A DNA stretch of 62,320 nucleotides, counting the filler, from Platydemus manokwari (taxonomy: Eukaryota), in assembly GCA_037951405.1 (NCBI GenBank). It is 5 parts of 5 records of this genome, joined end to end, with 100 filler letters (N's around TTAATTAATTAA, not from the genome) between each part and the next. Parts side by side here need not be neighbours in the genome. Positions count along the whole stretch, not along the records: positions 17,236 to 27,266 come from JBBMOY011176989.1; positions 27,367 to 42,989 come from JBBMOY011266985.1; 3 more parts are not named here. The stretch is one strand, 5' to 3'. Shown here piece after piece: positions 24,180-36,575 of the stretch. The notes under the pieces are model-generated. The model searched no databases. It was not told where the DNA came from and saw nothing but the letters and a program-made list of their open reading frames with translations. Every line of letters starts with the position of its first letter. Within the stretch, counting starts at the first letter, position 1. The translations under genes were made by a program, and so were the position numbers.

Positions 24180-26270
24180 CCTTGCCCGGTTACAGTAATA
24201 ATGTAGTTTTACAATTTTTCCATTGATCTGGAATAGTTTTACTTGCTAATATTTTATTAAATAAATTTAATAAGTAATTAAGATTTGGATCTAACTTATA
24301 CCAGTCACTAAATCTTATGCCATCGGAACCAGGGAACGAATTTGATAGTTTGGTTCATCTAAAGTGGTCAGTTCATCTAAAGTAATGGGTTTTAAATTGG
24401 AATTATCTAAGCCTATAGGTAAGTCTGGGTTGAAACTAGGTGGTAATGATGGTGGTGGTGGAATTATGAAAAGGTCAATTATGTTTTCTAAATTTGGGAA
24501 TGATAAAAGGTTTGAAATATGTTGGATAATAAATAATCCACAGTCTGTGTCGTTAATTTGTTTTGGAAGATTTGGAATAATAAAATATTTAAATTAATTT
24601 TAGATAAGTTTTGAATTAGTTTATCTAAAGTAGTCCATAAATGTTTTTGAGCCTCAGTTAAATAAAAGGTTGCGGGATCTATATAATACGAATAATTTTT
24701 ATTTAAATCAATTATATATAAATTCCAGTACCTATTATCATATGGAGATATTTGAATATCTTCAAAAGTAGAGTCGATATCCGTTTCTATAATTGTGTTC
24801 CTATGTTCGTCATTGTGGGACTTGAAAACCTATAATATTGCTTATAAAACTACAATGATATAATATATTAAAATCAGCGGATATTTCTTTATTATGTTTA
24901 TCGTTGTAATGTTTAATTATGTTTTTACTATTAGTATATGGGAAGACATAAGTTTTATCACAGTTTATGCAACTGGATGTCCTATCGTCAAGCATAATCA
25001 TATGCACAGTATTATTTGGAGCCTCGCCATATATATTAAGTGATGTATTAAAAGAGCTATTGGGCGTGTGTCCTATATATTCAATTTCTGAGTCGGAGGA
25101 AATAATTTTATCATCGGGATCAACATTGTTGGAGTTGTCGGTTTTAATTTTTGTATTATTTATGATTATTTCATTACTTATGGGGGATATCGGTCTTATT
25201 TGATAGGGGGTAGGAGTAGTATTTGAAGGTTCATCTATGTCAACGGTTTGGATAGATTGATCATTGGGAGATATAATATTTTTAACTACATTGGTATCTA
25301 AAATCGGCGTTGTTAAATTTGTTGGAGTTGAGTTAATATAACCTCGATTAACGGTTTGAGTAAACCTGTCTAATTGAGATTTGATTAATTGGTCAAGTGA
25401 TGGTCTATCTATAGGGACATTAATTTAATCATTAAGATCTATTAAATTATCACGTTGGTCAGTTTTGAGTTTAGATTTTAAACTATGAAAATTATTCATT
25501 GAAATATTATTACGTAATAAACACATATTAAATTTATTTAAGTTATTAATATTAATTTTATTTAATATAGTTAATATAATATTTAAAAAGATTTAGTCTT
25601 ATTATAATTGGGTCGGTTATCAATAGTTAATTTAAAATTATTTATGCAGATATTGTTATTAGAGTTATTAACGTTTATATGGGGAAATATATATAAAATA
25701 AAGTTCAAAAATATGTTCTTCGTCAAACTGGACTGCTCACTTTTGTGATCACAGTCATACGCCTGTCTACCCCTAAACTGGATGCTCTGGGATGCGGTAG
25801 AGGGACTATTGTTCGTCGGTTTCGGGGGTGTGGCATTAGTCTGAGTGGATCTAGATTTATTAAAATTAGATTTTTTATTAGAATAATGGTAATTAAAAGG
25901 CTTATAAATCGGTTTTTGGTTATGGATTGATTGTTGTATATCATCATTGAAGTTTTGGAGAGCTTCATATCTATTTTGGCTTCGGAAGTTTGTTTTTGGG
26001 TTGAAATGGGACTGTTGTGGGGTCCACTTGATAGGCATAATGTAGTTATCTCCTGATTGTTGCTGAAGATTCCGATTGTTAACATTAGATGGTATGGGGA
26101 CAGGAGGTAGAGGGTGTGGGATCGGGAATTGTTGGTTTGATCTAAAGATGGGTGAATTATTTACAATATTGTTATTACGTACTTGATTATGCTGGGGGTT
26201 TTGTTGTGATTGTAGAGCAGTAGCGTATGATATCGGTGCTTTATTTGATCGATTCTCAATGTGGAGTGAG
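24180..26270 (-). pseudogene. Second diverged N-terminal ORF copy of the RLE element (SYATAL, NRYEAL, QSIQFRGRQA-DCDH, zinc fingers)
   Basis: ORFs 25583-26038 and 24810-25007 are homologous to 21103-22975. Confidence 0.7.
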
Positions 26271-26284
26271 CTTTGAGGGATAAT

Positions 26285-26600
26285 TGGGAATCTTCCCAGG
26301 AACCTAAAACTATATTGAGCACGTCTAAAGTTGTTTGGTGTTTTTTGGTCATTGCTATCTCTTGGGTTAAGTGTTTATATTTTTCATAATTAAGTGACCT
26401 ATGTAAGTTAAAGTTGGCGTCTATATCGTACGGGATTTTAAGGTCAATAATATAAGTATGCTTTTTCGAGTTATTTATTATAATTAAGTCACGTAGTAAT
26501 TTAGAGCTTATTTCTACTGAGGTTGAATCTATATCAGTGTCGATCCCTAATGATTGAAAATATTTACATATAATTTGTAGTATCATGTCGTTGCGTTAGT
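26285..26600 (-). pseudogene. Restriction-like endonuclease domain fragment
   Basis: RNDMILQII...KLLRDLIII...IIDLKIPYD...EKYKHL...LGSW fits the RHD / R(P)D / D-x-K / K-x-x-KY / LG-x-W pattern of RLE elements. Confidence 0.85.
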
Positions 26601-26695
26601 ATTATGCGCCCGAGCAACCCCTATTTGGGGCAGTCGCAAGGGTCAGCCTGCTCGAAGTGCAATTATCAGGCCTCACCCTGAAGGGTACAAATCTT
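26601..26695 (-). ncRNA. U1: U1 snRNA fragment (SL1 3' strand, SL2 with AUUGCAC loop, SL3, up to the Sm site start)
   Basis: CAGGGTGAGGCCTGATAATTGCACTTCGAGCAGGCTGACCCTTGCGACTGCCCCAAATAGGGGTTGCTCGGGCGCATAAT has the pairings AGGGT/ACCCT, GCCTG/CAGGC and CCCC/GGGG, and contains the U1A-binding ATTGCAC. Confidence 0.92.
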
Positions 26696-27369
26696 GAACT
26701 GCTGCCAAATAAAATTAAAAAAATTAAAAATAAAAAAAATTCTAATATTTATTGCATGTAAATATGGATCTTCACGAGGCGGTGGGAGAATCCCTCACCT
26801 CGACTTTAAAAGTTGTATTGAGTTTGTTTTTTATATTGTTTGCCTTGGTGAGCCAGCGTCATGATTACCTGGTCTGATGGAATTTCGAATCTTCGAAGTT
26901 TCCGTTTTTCTTCTCCTTTTTTGATTTTTTGCAATGTTTTTGTTGAATTGAGAGCGAATAATATTTTGTTGAGTTACGAGCCCGGGAGATAAGTGGGAAT
27001 CCTCAATCATCGAAGCAGTATAGCTAAAATGAGAAATAATATAAAGTAGAAAGTCTAAGTTATGAAAATTAAGTTGAAAATATAATGAAAAAAGTTATAA
27101 TAGACATTAACTAATACTGTTAGTATAAGTAAATAAATAATAGAAATATATACTAGAACCAGAAACAAATAGATACAGAAACAAATACCTCAATATACCA
27201 GGTTGAGTCAAAAGTTATTCATGTTTTTATGCAGGTATTTTATTAACACAAATTGTTATAACGCTGNNNNNNNNNNNNNNNNNNNNNNNNNNNNNNNNNN
27301 NNNNNNNNNNTTAATTAATTAANNNNNNNNNNNNNNNNNNNNNNNNNNNNNNNNNNNNNNNNNNNNATA

Positions 27370-28820
27370 ATTATAGAATAACAAACTTACTAAAAAATCA
27401 CTATTTTAAATTCTGAATCAAGTAAAAGATCCTAATTTTAAAAGGAAAACAAAGATAACATTATTAAAGAATAAAACATTGATAAAATTCATTCTTTATA
27501 TTAACCAATAATTTACATGATAAATGAGAAAAAAAAAGTAAATGAAATGGAAATGGGATTAATCCTTCACAAACCTTGAAATTTTGAAGTTTATAGTAGG
27601 GATTTGTAGATATGAAGAAAATTAAATTTGGTGTTCAATTTGGAAAAGAATTAGAAGAAAATTTGAAGATTACCCTAAAAATATTAATTATATCAAAGAA
27701 TTGAGAGAATCTTTCACTTATCAAAGAAAACCAACTATTATTCATGTTAATGGTTTGGGGAACCGAAAAACGTGCCCGTTTAAATAATTAGGATAATTAT
27801 ATAATTAATAAAGAAATAAGAATATAAATTTAGATTTAAATTGAGATATATAAATAGGATACAAATTTGATAAATTTAGTTTTGTTTTACTTGTTCAATA
27901 TATTGGTCGAAAAGGAAATTGTATTGAAACATGATAATAATAATTCAAAATGATAATAATTCAAAAACAGAATTAATATGTGTTGACAATTATTCTTTTC
28001 CTTATTTGGGATAAAAGTTGGACTTCATATCTACAAAATAAAGATTTGCAATTTATGAATTCATATAATGGATCTTCTATTTACGTAAATAATGGACTTC
28101 TGAAATAATTCAAAACCACGTGTAAAATTAATTTATTTATTGATAACATAAATTCTCATTGACCTTCAAAATATATTATGTATTTTACAGATAATTGTCT
28201 TGACCTGGAGTATAATTAAATTTTGTAATAAAAATGTTCGAAGGGAAAGAAAAAAAAGTTATCCGTTATAAAATAATGAAATTGATCCATATTATCTAGG
28301 ATTATGAAAACGATGCATTAAAAGGAAGATTTAAAAAACCTATAATTGAAATATTTTGAATGATAAAAGAGTTTTGGAAAAGTTATTAGACATTGTGAAA
28401 AATGAAAGAAAACAAACTAATGTTGATAGTGGTCCAAAGTTTTCAATTTTAATATCTTATGTAATGTTATGTATTTTAACAATGATTTCATCTATTCTTT
28501 CTGGTGTTGGAATTTTTCTGGTATTTACTTTATATTGTGGGTTGGGAGTTATATAATTTACAATCATACAATCTGTTTTTGGAAAATCATTTCATATTGG
28601 ATTAAGCAGTTAAAAAGATTTATAGAAATTTTTGTGAAATAATTAAGAATGATATTGATAAATTATATTTATTCCAGCTAAAAGCTTTAGAGGATAAAAT
28701 ATTTACTGATGAAGAGTTAAATGAAGCCAAATATATTATTTAATATTTATGTAAAGAAATGTTACAAATAAAGTAAAATAATGCAACATTAAAGAATGAA
28801 TTAAAAGAAGTTAATCGTAT
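27370..28820 (+). pseudogene. Decayed intronless multi-ORF cassette (coiled-coil ORF, Cys-containing ORF, two-TM ORF), virus/Polinton-like; copy 1
   Basis: Shares blocks with 33540-34020 (+) and 34180-35920 (-), e.g. CTTGTTCAATAT.TTGGT.GAAAAGGAA and TTTCATAT.GG.TTAAG.AGT. Confidence 0.45.
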
Positions 28821-31800
28821 TAGATGCTATGCTCAGTAGACTTATGGCAGAAAATTGCAGACACATGGTCGATATTGAACAATTTAGCAAGCATTGTAAC
28901 TGATGTGTTAATATTAGCAATACCATTCAATTTATTGGTTTTTGGGTCTTAAAAACCCTTCCCAACAATTAAGGCTAATCTTATCCAAAATCAAAATAAC
29001 CCTCTCGATTATCAGTCTATTGAAATTATTTTACAAATTACTATATAATTTCATTTGACGAATAACTGTTTAAATTTTTGCACAATTAACTGTTTTATTA
29101 AACAAGATACAATATAAATAGAAAACCCCGCTTTTGTAAAACAAATATAAGAAAACTTTACAATTAAATAATAAGTTTAATTAATCAAACTGACCAACGC
29201 TCGTTAAACAGCTTTAAGTAAAACGATTTTATGGCAGTGATTTTAAAATATGGTCAAATAAAATTTAAAATTAGACTCTTTCCAGTTTCAATGAAAAGAC
29301 CAATTTGTCACAAAATTGACAATATTCTTTAATGTTACGTTCTTAACTTATTCCTCTCCTCAACAATTCTTTTATAGACTCCAGTTTGAAATTTAGAATT
29401 AATAGCTTAAAAATGTAAAAAATATTCCAAATATAAAAAAATGATAATACTAATACTAATACTAATATTAATGACAATAATAATGTTGATGATGCTATCT
29501 ATTGTTTCATATATTATAAAATCATACAATTAATTAAAGATCTTAATCAACTAAAAATATAATTGATCACAATTAGCTAGAATCTAATGAATCTTTAGAA
29601 TTTATAAATATATATATTCTAATATTAACTTCTGTTGGTTTGAAAGCTAGTATGGGTTTTATGGGTAATGTTAATAAGAAAGAAATTATTTGTTTTGATA
29701 AATGTCTTACATTAAAAAAATATATAAACTCTTAAACCAAAAAAAATATTTATAATAAGTAAAGGAGAGGCCTCGTTAAGATTTAACCAGACTAAAGCTA
29801 TAAAGCATCGTAAAGATAAATATAAAAATATTTCAACATTTGCTTTTCATTTGGGCGTTAAAATGTCGTAATAAAATGCATACATTAATAATTTACTTAA
29901 TTGTAAAATACGAAATAGTACATAAATTGATTTATTTAATTTTACTTGTTTCTTGTGAAAAAATTTATTAAAACTAAACAACTGTAACAAAATCCGATCT
30001 GCAAAAATCCATTTCATAAATGTTCAAGGAGTAGCATAAATGTATTGATTTATATTTAGTAACAATTCGATCGATGGTACTGATATGCGTTGAATAATTT
30101 TAAAAATTTGCATGGATTGTTACAATTATTTTTTTGAATCAATATATGTCAAAGGAGACTATTCATTTTGTCCTAAAAAATTTTCTGAGAATTAATAATA
30201 ATGGAAAATTACGCTCATTTTTAAGTCTTAAAAATAATATAAATATATTTATATTTTAAAGAAATATTTAAGAATTCATATTAAATGCTTTAATTGACAT
30301 TGGAATAACCACTAAAAATATTCTCAAATAATTTTTCTTTTAAGATAATGAACGGAAAAATAAAACTGTTTTTAAATAGAATTAAATCCGCGTAGAATAG
30401 AACCTAATGAAGCGATTTTAGAAATTAATGTGTACGATAAAACTTCATTCACGAAAACTGTATAAGGAGGTCGAAATCTTGCCCCTTTACTTCAAACTAA
30501 GGAAACCACTAAATTACGTAAATTTGGAGAACCATTGCTCCTGCGATCATACTTACAATTTAAGCAAAATAGGCCATTGTCGATTAAAAGGAGTTTGATT
30601 ATTGTATAAAATACCAGAGATTATTATCGGATCTATCGATTATTGCCTTAAAAATTCCTCTTAAAAATAACTAAAGTGTTATGTATTAATCGCCTTTTCT
30701 TCCAAAATTTGTCAGGACAAATCGTTTATGTGTAACTTTAATTTTGTGTAAATTTGTGTACTAAATGAGTGTTAATTGACTGGGAGAAACACATGAAATA
30801 AAAAAATACAATAATCATTTCTTGAACATCACTTGTATTATTGTCAACTTATGACAAATTTATAAACCATGGACATCTTAAAATCTCATAAGAACCTTAA
30901 CTTAACCTTTAGTTCACCACTGCCATTTCAATCCTGCGTCCAATACTCTTCTCTTGAGGTCACTGTGCTAATACATTATAATTAAATGTTATACAATTAT
31001 CTCAATTTATCAAATATATTTTATTGTTTTGTATTGTTTTATTTTATAACTGGTATTTATATTTTAAATGTTGTTGTAACTGTACAGCCACTAATAATTT
31101 CTTATAAAAAATATTGATATTTAACAAAACTTTACCTTTTCAAGTAAAGCGTGTAAACGTAGTTATTTTTTAAATAGGTGCCAATACTCCGTAACCTTAA
31201 TGACATTGAAATAATTTTTGTTCATTAAATAGTCCAACACTTCCATCACCAACCATTTCACCATATCATTTAACATTAACAGGAACAGTTGATAAATATA
31301 TTCACCAATTACAATCCACAAATATAAATTTCCTATTTTCAAAGCTTCAAGTCCACTTTACTATTAATAATATTTAACAGCAGAAATTTTATCGATTCCT
31401 TGGAATATTCGATCATCTTCTGGAACTTTCATTGCTTTATATGTTAAGTTTGATAAAATAATCGATAAAAAATTTCAATAATATTCATTTAATAATCAAT
31501 TCAAATGATACCTTACATTTAAAATAGCTGAAATCTCCAAAATATCCCATTTATTCCATGTTCATGATCTCGAGTCTAGATCAAATCATCAAATAGATTT
31601 ATGTTATTCAATAACTATTTACACTAAATCAAATTATTCCTCAAACCGCACCACCTTAATTTTGCTTTTATATTTTCTTCAGTGTTTCTATTAAGAACAA
31701 CATATACAAAATGATCTTTCTTTACTTTTCTTTATTGAAGAATTCTCTCATCCCATTTCGTGTCACATTTTAAATATTTATTTGGATTTATCAAACCATT

Positions 31801-34179
31801 TTCAAACATTGATGGTGGATCAGCATCATGTAACCAATATAAAGTTATCAGAACAATCTATAATATATTATATGAAATCCCAATTATTAATTATCTGGTA
31901 TAGAATGATCAATAATTTACTCAAATCATCTCATTATTTATAATTATTATAATATTGACTTAAAATAATAATAATAACAATAAGAAATGATAGCTCGGAA
32001 TATTGTCTGTCCTGCTAATCGATTGCACATTCAACATGGCTTGATAAAATGGTCAAATTTCTATGTGATTTGAGGATTTGCGATTTGATTTTTATATAAA
32101 ATATGAAAATTAAATGGGTTACACAAGACTGTATTCGCGCACGATGGTAGGTAGTATAGGCCAGGAGTAGCTCCTGCCCTGTATCTCAATTTTGTGCACG
32201 TGCTAGCTCCGTATTTAACTGATTTCATATTTAACGGTTGGACCCTTGTTTGTGTGATATTAATGAATCTGAGTGACAAAATATATCAGAAAAGTAATTA
32301 GGAGAAGTAGATTTCTACCGGTAGACTCAACATAAATGTATATTTTGAATAATTTAAATTATATTTTCCAAATAATTGATTTTTAACTAATATCTTTTTC
32401 CTTTTTCACTATCACCATAAATTTTATAATTTTCTAAAAGGGAAAATAACACAGTATTTTTCTTATTTGTTTTCATGGATTTTATTTCATCTTCCCCTAA
32501 ATTATCAAACCCATCACAATTTAAAGGAATTTCAACATCTTCATTTAATATATAAAAGTAATTTTCATCTCCTAAAATTAAATATATGTAGAAATATGGG
32601 TATTAATTTAAAAATTATAACTATATTTTAATATTTCATTATTTTTGTTTCTGTTTTATAATATAAACATCGTAAGCATTTTTAAAAATATTTACTAATT
32701 TTAATGAACTCATTTTGATAAAACTTCCTAAGAATCTTTGCACCTTTAAATCAATTAATCTCTACGTCAAAAGTTTGGTTTCACAAACTTATCTAATAAT
32801 AAATATTTCTTTTGAATATATTGTGGTATAACCTTTTAGGCTTCAACTAAAGTTTCTTATGTTTTATACTTCAATGATGTACGCCAATGATATCTTGTGT
32901 ATCAATCAAAAATAACCAATATATATATATATATCTTTAGAGTTTTAAAGCATGCTTACTAAATCAGAACTATAGGATCGTCTTTAGATAATATTTTAAC
33001 TTTAAAAATTTCTTAGATATTTTACATTCATGATGAAATTCTTGAGGTAGTAATTATTCTTCTTGTTCAGTTCAAATGGTCTGAATTATACAAAAGCAGG
33101 GACAGTAGAACCGAAGAATTATAAACAAGCTTTGAAACTCCCTCGACGCTGTTTTATTCAATCTTACTAAGTCCTTTTGAGTGAACAAATCAGAAGTGGC
33201 TGATTTAATATCTTTGTTGCACGGTTATCCTATGTAGAGCAATTAATAATTGTGTCAAACAGATATTTATTTTGGTTTTTTTAAAATTAGTTTCAAAATA
33301 ACAGATAAAAATGAGGATTACATAGATTTTAATGAAGATGACCTAATATTGATCATATGAGATATGAAATCGGAGTAGCTTTAAGATGTGAATTTTTAAA
33401 AAAATGTCTATAGTTCATAAATTTGATATCAGTTCAATAAATAGTATGAGATATGTTCAAGACATGATTAATGATAAAGAACGAATATATTATATAAAAT
33501 ATAATAATGAGGAACTCGGTGGTATGAGGGGTAATTAAGACTTACACAATTATAGAATAACAGACTTGGTGATCCAGAAAGTAATTTTAATGCAGTGTAT
33601 AAACGTAAATAAAAAAAATATTTTAAAAATAAAATTAGTAAACTTAATAGAAAGTATAATATTTGAAAGATCTGAATTAATTAGTGGTAACAAAGATAAC
33701 ATTATTAGAAATAAAGAAAACATTGATAAACTTGATTCTTTGGTAAATCAATAATTTCAATGATAAATGATAATTTAAAAAAATGAAACAGAAATGGAAT
33801 TAATCTGTGAAGTTTATGGAAGGAAAAATTGAAGCAGAATCGATATAGATTCTGAAGAAAAATTTAGATGTTCAAATAGGAGAGGAATAAGAAAAAATGA
33901 AATAATCTCTTTTAAAAAATGAAATGATATTAAAAAGTTGAAAGAAGCTTTTTTGATTAAAGAAAACCAACTAATATTCATGTCTATGATAAAAAGTGGG
34001 GAAAACAGAAATAAGTTTGTTTAAAGGAGAGGAAGAATATTAATTGCTATAGAAAAATTAATATTATTTTTGATGATAAACCACCTTAAAACAATGAAAA
34101 ATAAAACAAAATCTAATATTTATTTACGCACAAACTTCGGTCTTCTCGAAACGGTGGGAAATCCCTCACCTCATTTTTG

Positions 34180-35920
34180 TTTGTATGTTTCATGGCTTGG
34201 AAGAGTAGTTTTTCTTTTATTGGCATACAAATTTTTCTCATAATCCATAGCGTTGGGAAAACATAAAGTTTATCCATACCATGTTTAATAGCTTCACAAA
34301 TTTCTATATAAATCTTTTTCTTTTTACTACTTAAACCGATATGAAAACTTTCTGAAACAAATGTGGATGTAGTTGATAATAATCCAGCTCCTACACTATG
34401 CCTATTCCCGAGATACCAGGTAAAAGAGTTGCTGAAACAGTTAGTATTCCACCAACATCTAATATTAAATATTTCGAAGTTCTATCTATCTTAGTCCACT
34501 TATTTTTTAATTTATTATAGTGAGATAGTGAGTCTTTTAAAAAATTTTTCTCATTCATAAAATTATCAATCCTAAGTTGATTTATAATTATTATTAATTA
34601 ATCATTCTCATAATCTAAGGGAGCTTATAGAGATTTAATTTCAGTTTCCCCACTACTAAAGTCATCAAGTTTAGAATAAATTTTTGGGTTATTTTCCTTT
34701 TCATCATCAATAATTTTTTTAAAATTAAATTTAAATAAAATAAGTAGGGAGGGAAGGATAAACACCTACTCTCTATTTAAACAACTTATAATAAAACATA
34801 TCATGATAATTTTATGCAAATAATTCTATAATTTCATTTTTTTCTTCTTCTAACATAACACCTTCGGTCATTATAAATTCCAAGAGATTACTCTTTGATC
34901 GTCTCTTAGGTAATATATTACCAATAAATAAATTAATTCCATATGGTTTATCTAATACTTTAAATAATTTATTATTTAAGTAAATACGATACTTTTTATT
35001 TTTAGGAATTTCAAGAATTTGTATATTAAATTCATAAATTAATGATCTAGGTTTTGTAGTCAATAAATCCCATTTCTTTCTCAAATATGGAAAAGAACAT
35101 TTATCAACACATATAAATTCTGTTATTATTTTTATTCAAGAAGGCAGTTCCATTTTTTTATCCAATTCAACTTCCTTTTCCACCAACATATTGAACAAGA
35201 AAGACAAAAGTAAAACTCACTGATCTATATTACAGATAATCATGGTCTTTAGGAAATTTAGATTCATAAGTAAAACTTCCATCCACTCCAATATTATTCT
35301 TTTTACTATTAAAAAATTTATTAAAACTATACCATAAAAATATATCTTTTTTCTTAGCCATCTCAATATATTTATCCGAATTTTTTGGCAACTTTTGGTT
35401 AAAAATTAGTTTTCCTTACACAAATTTCTTAAGAATTTCATAATTTAAATCAGTGTAGAAGGTTCCTGGTTTTTTATTTTCATAACTTTTCTATCTTCCT
35501 CATTAGAATTTTTCAGATCATTAATAGTTTCTTTTAATTTTTTATTATAATAAGTATTTTTAAGGAGATTATTCCATTTTTTTTCTAATTTTCCCATGGT
35601 CAGAACACTTAATTTTTTCACCATTATCTCTAAATCAATGAAAGCTTCTTTCAGTATTTTTATACCATTTATATTTTTAAGGAGATTATCCCAGATTTTT
35701 TCTAATTCCCTTCCAGATTGAACAACAAGTTTTTTCTTCATCATCTCTATAAATTCTGCTTCTGTTTTTCCGTCTATGAATTTCAAAATTTTAAATTTTT
35801 CCCAGATTAATTTTATTTATTTTTCATTTATTTTTTTTATTATCATTTACCAATGTAATTATCGATTTACATAAAGAATCAAGTTTATCAATACTTTCTT
35901 TGTTTTTAGTAATGGATTTT
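34180..35920 (-). pseudogene. Inverted copy of the same decayed multi-ORF cassette
   Basis: ORFs 35445-35786 and 34812-35084, plus a TM segment at ~34300-34470, are collinear with 27370-28820. Confidence 0.45.
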
Positions 35921-36575
35921 TCATTATATACAGTTCAGGAAGCAGATTTTGTTCCAACAAGATCCTTCGCAATATTGAGTAAGTGCCTGTATCAAGAGCG
36001 TTTTTCCCAGCTCAAGTCGATAAATCATGAATTTCACTCTCACAAAAATTACTAAACAATTTTAAAAGCACTAGACTATTGTTAAAGGAATCAGTAAACG
36101 GAACAAACTTTAGACGATCAAAAAAATAAACTAGGTGTGATACGTTAGACGATAAACAAGGTGTGATTTGAGTTTGTCATAAAAGAGATAAATAAAATTG
36201 AAGGCTCATATTATAAAATCTATAATAACTTAAAATTATATATCTGCGCGTTGTAAAATAATCTGAAATTTTGTTTGATTGGATAAATTGTTTTGTTTGA
36301 AAAATTTAAAGGGATTTTATCACATTTGTAGTGAGATTCAAATGATATAATAGACAGATACATTTTTTTGTTATCAATGCTGTATTTATTTAGTGTATTA
36401 TTTGATTATAATCATAGAATCATGCACCTACTGAATTGACATTGTGCTTCAACCGGTATCGAAATCACATAAAAAAGACCCTAAATTACAACAACGAAAA
36501 TATCAAAGGGATTGAGATCTTAAATTTTTTAATGAAATATGTGATCAAAAAATTTGAAATAACAATTAATAAATA

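Larger units (their letters stand above)
17990..27020 (-). mobile_element. Array of rearranged RLE-type (R2/NeSL/Utopia superfamily) non-LTR retrotransposon fragments interleaved with U1 snRNA pieces
   Basis: Repeated N-terminal ORF pieces (DFLAY..RW, NRYEAL), C2H2 zinc fingers, a CCHC knuckle, two RLE domains and five copies of a 3'-terminal hairpin, all on the minus strand. Confidence 0.85.

Noticed and set aside
31130-31860. Helitron Rep-like WLHDA motif in decayed minus-strand coding sequence
   Set aside because: The HUH histidines are absent and there are no other Rep/helicase motifs; identity unresolved.
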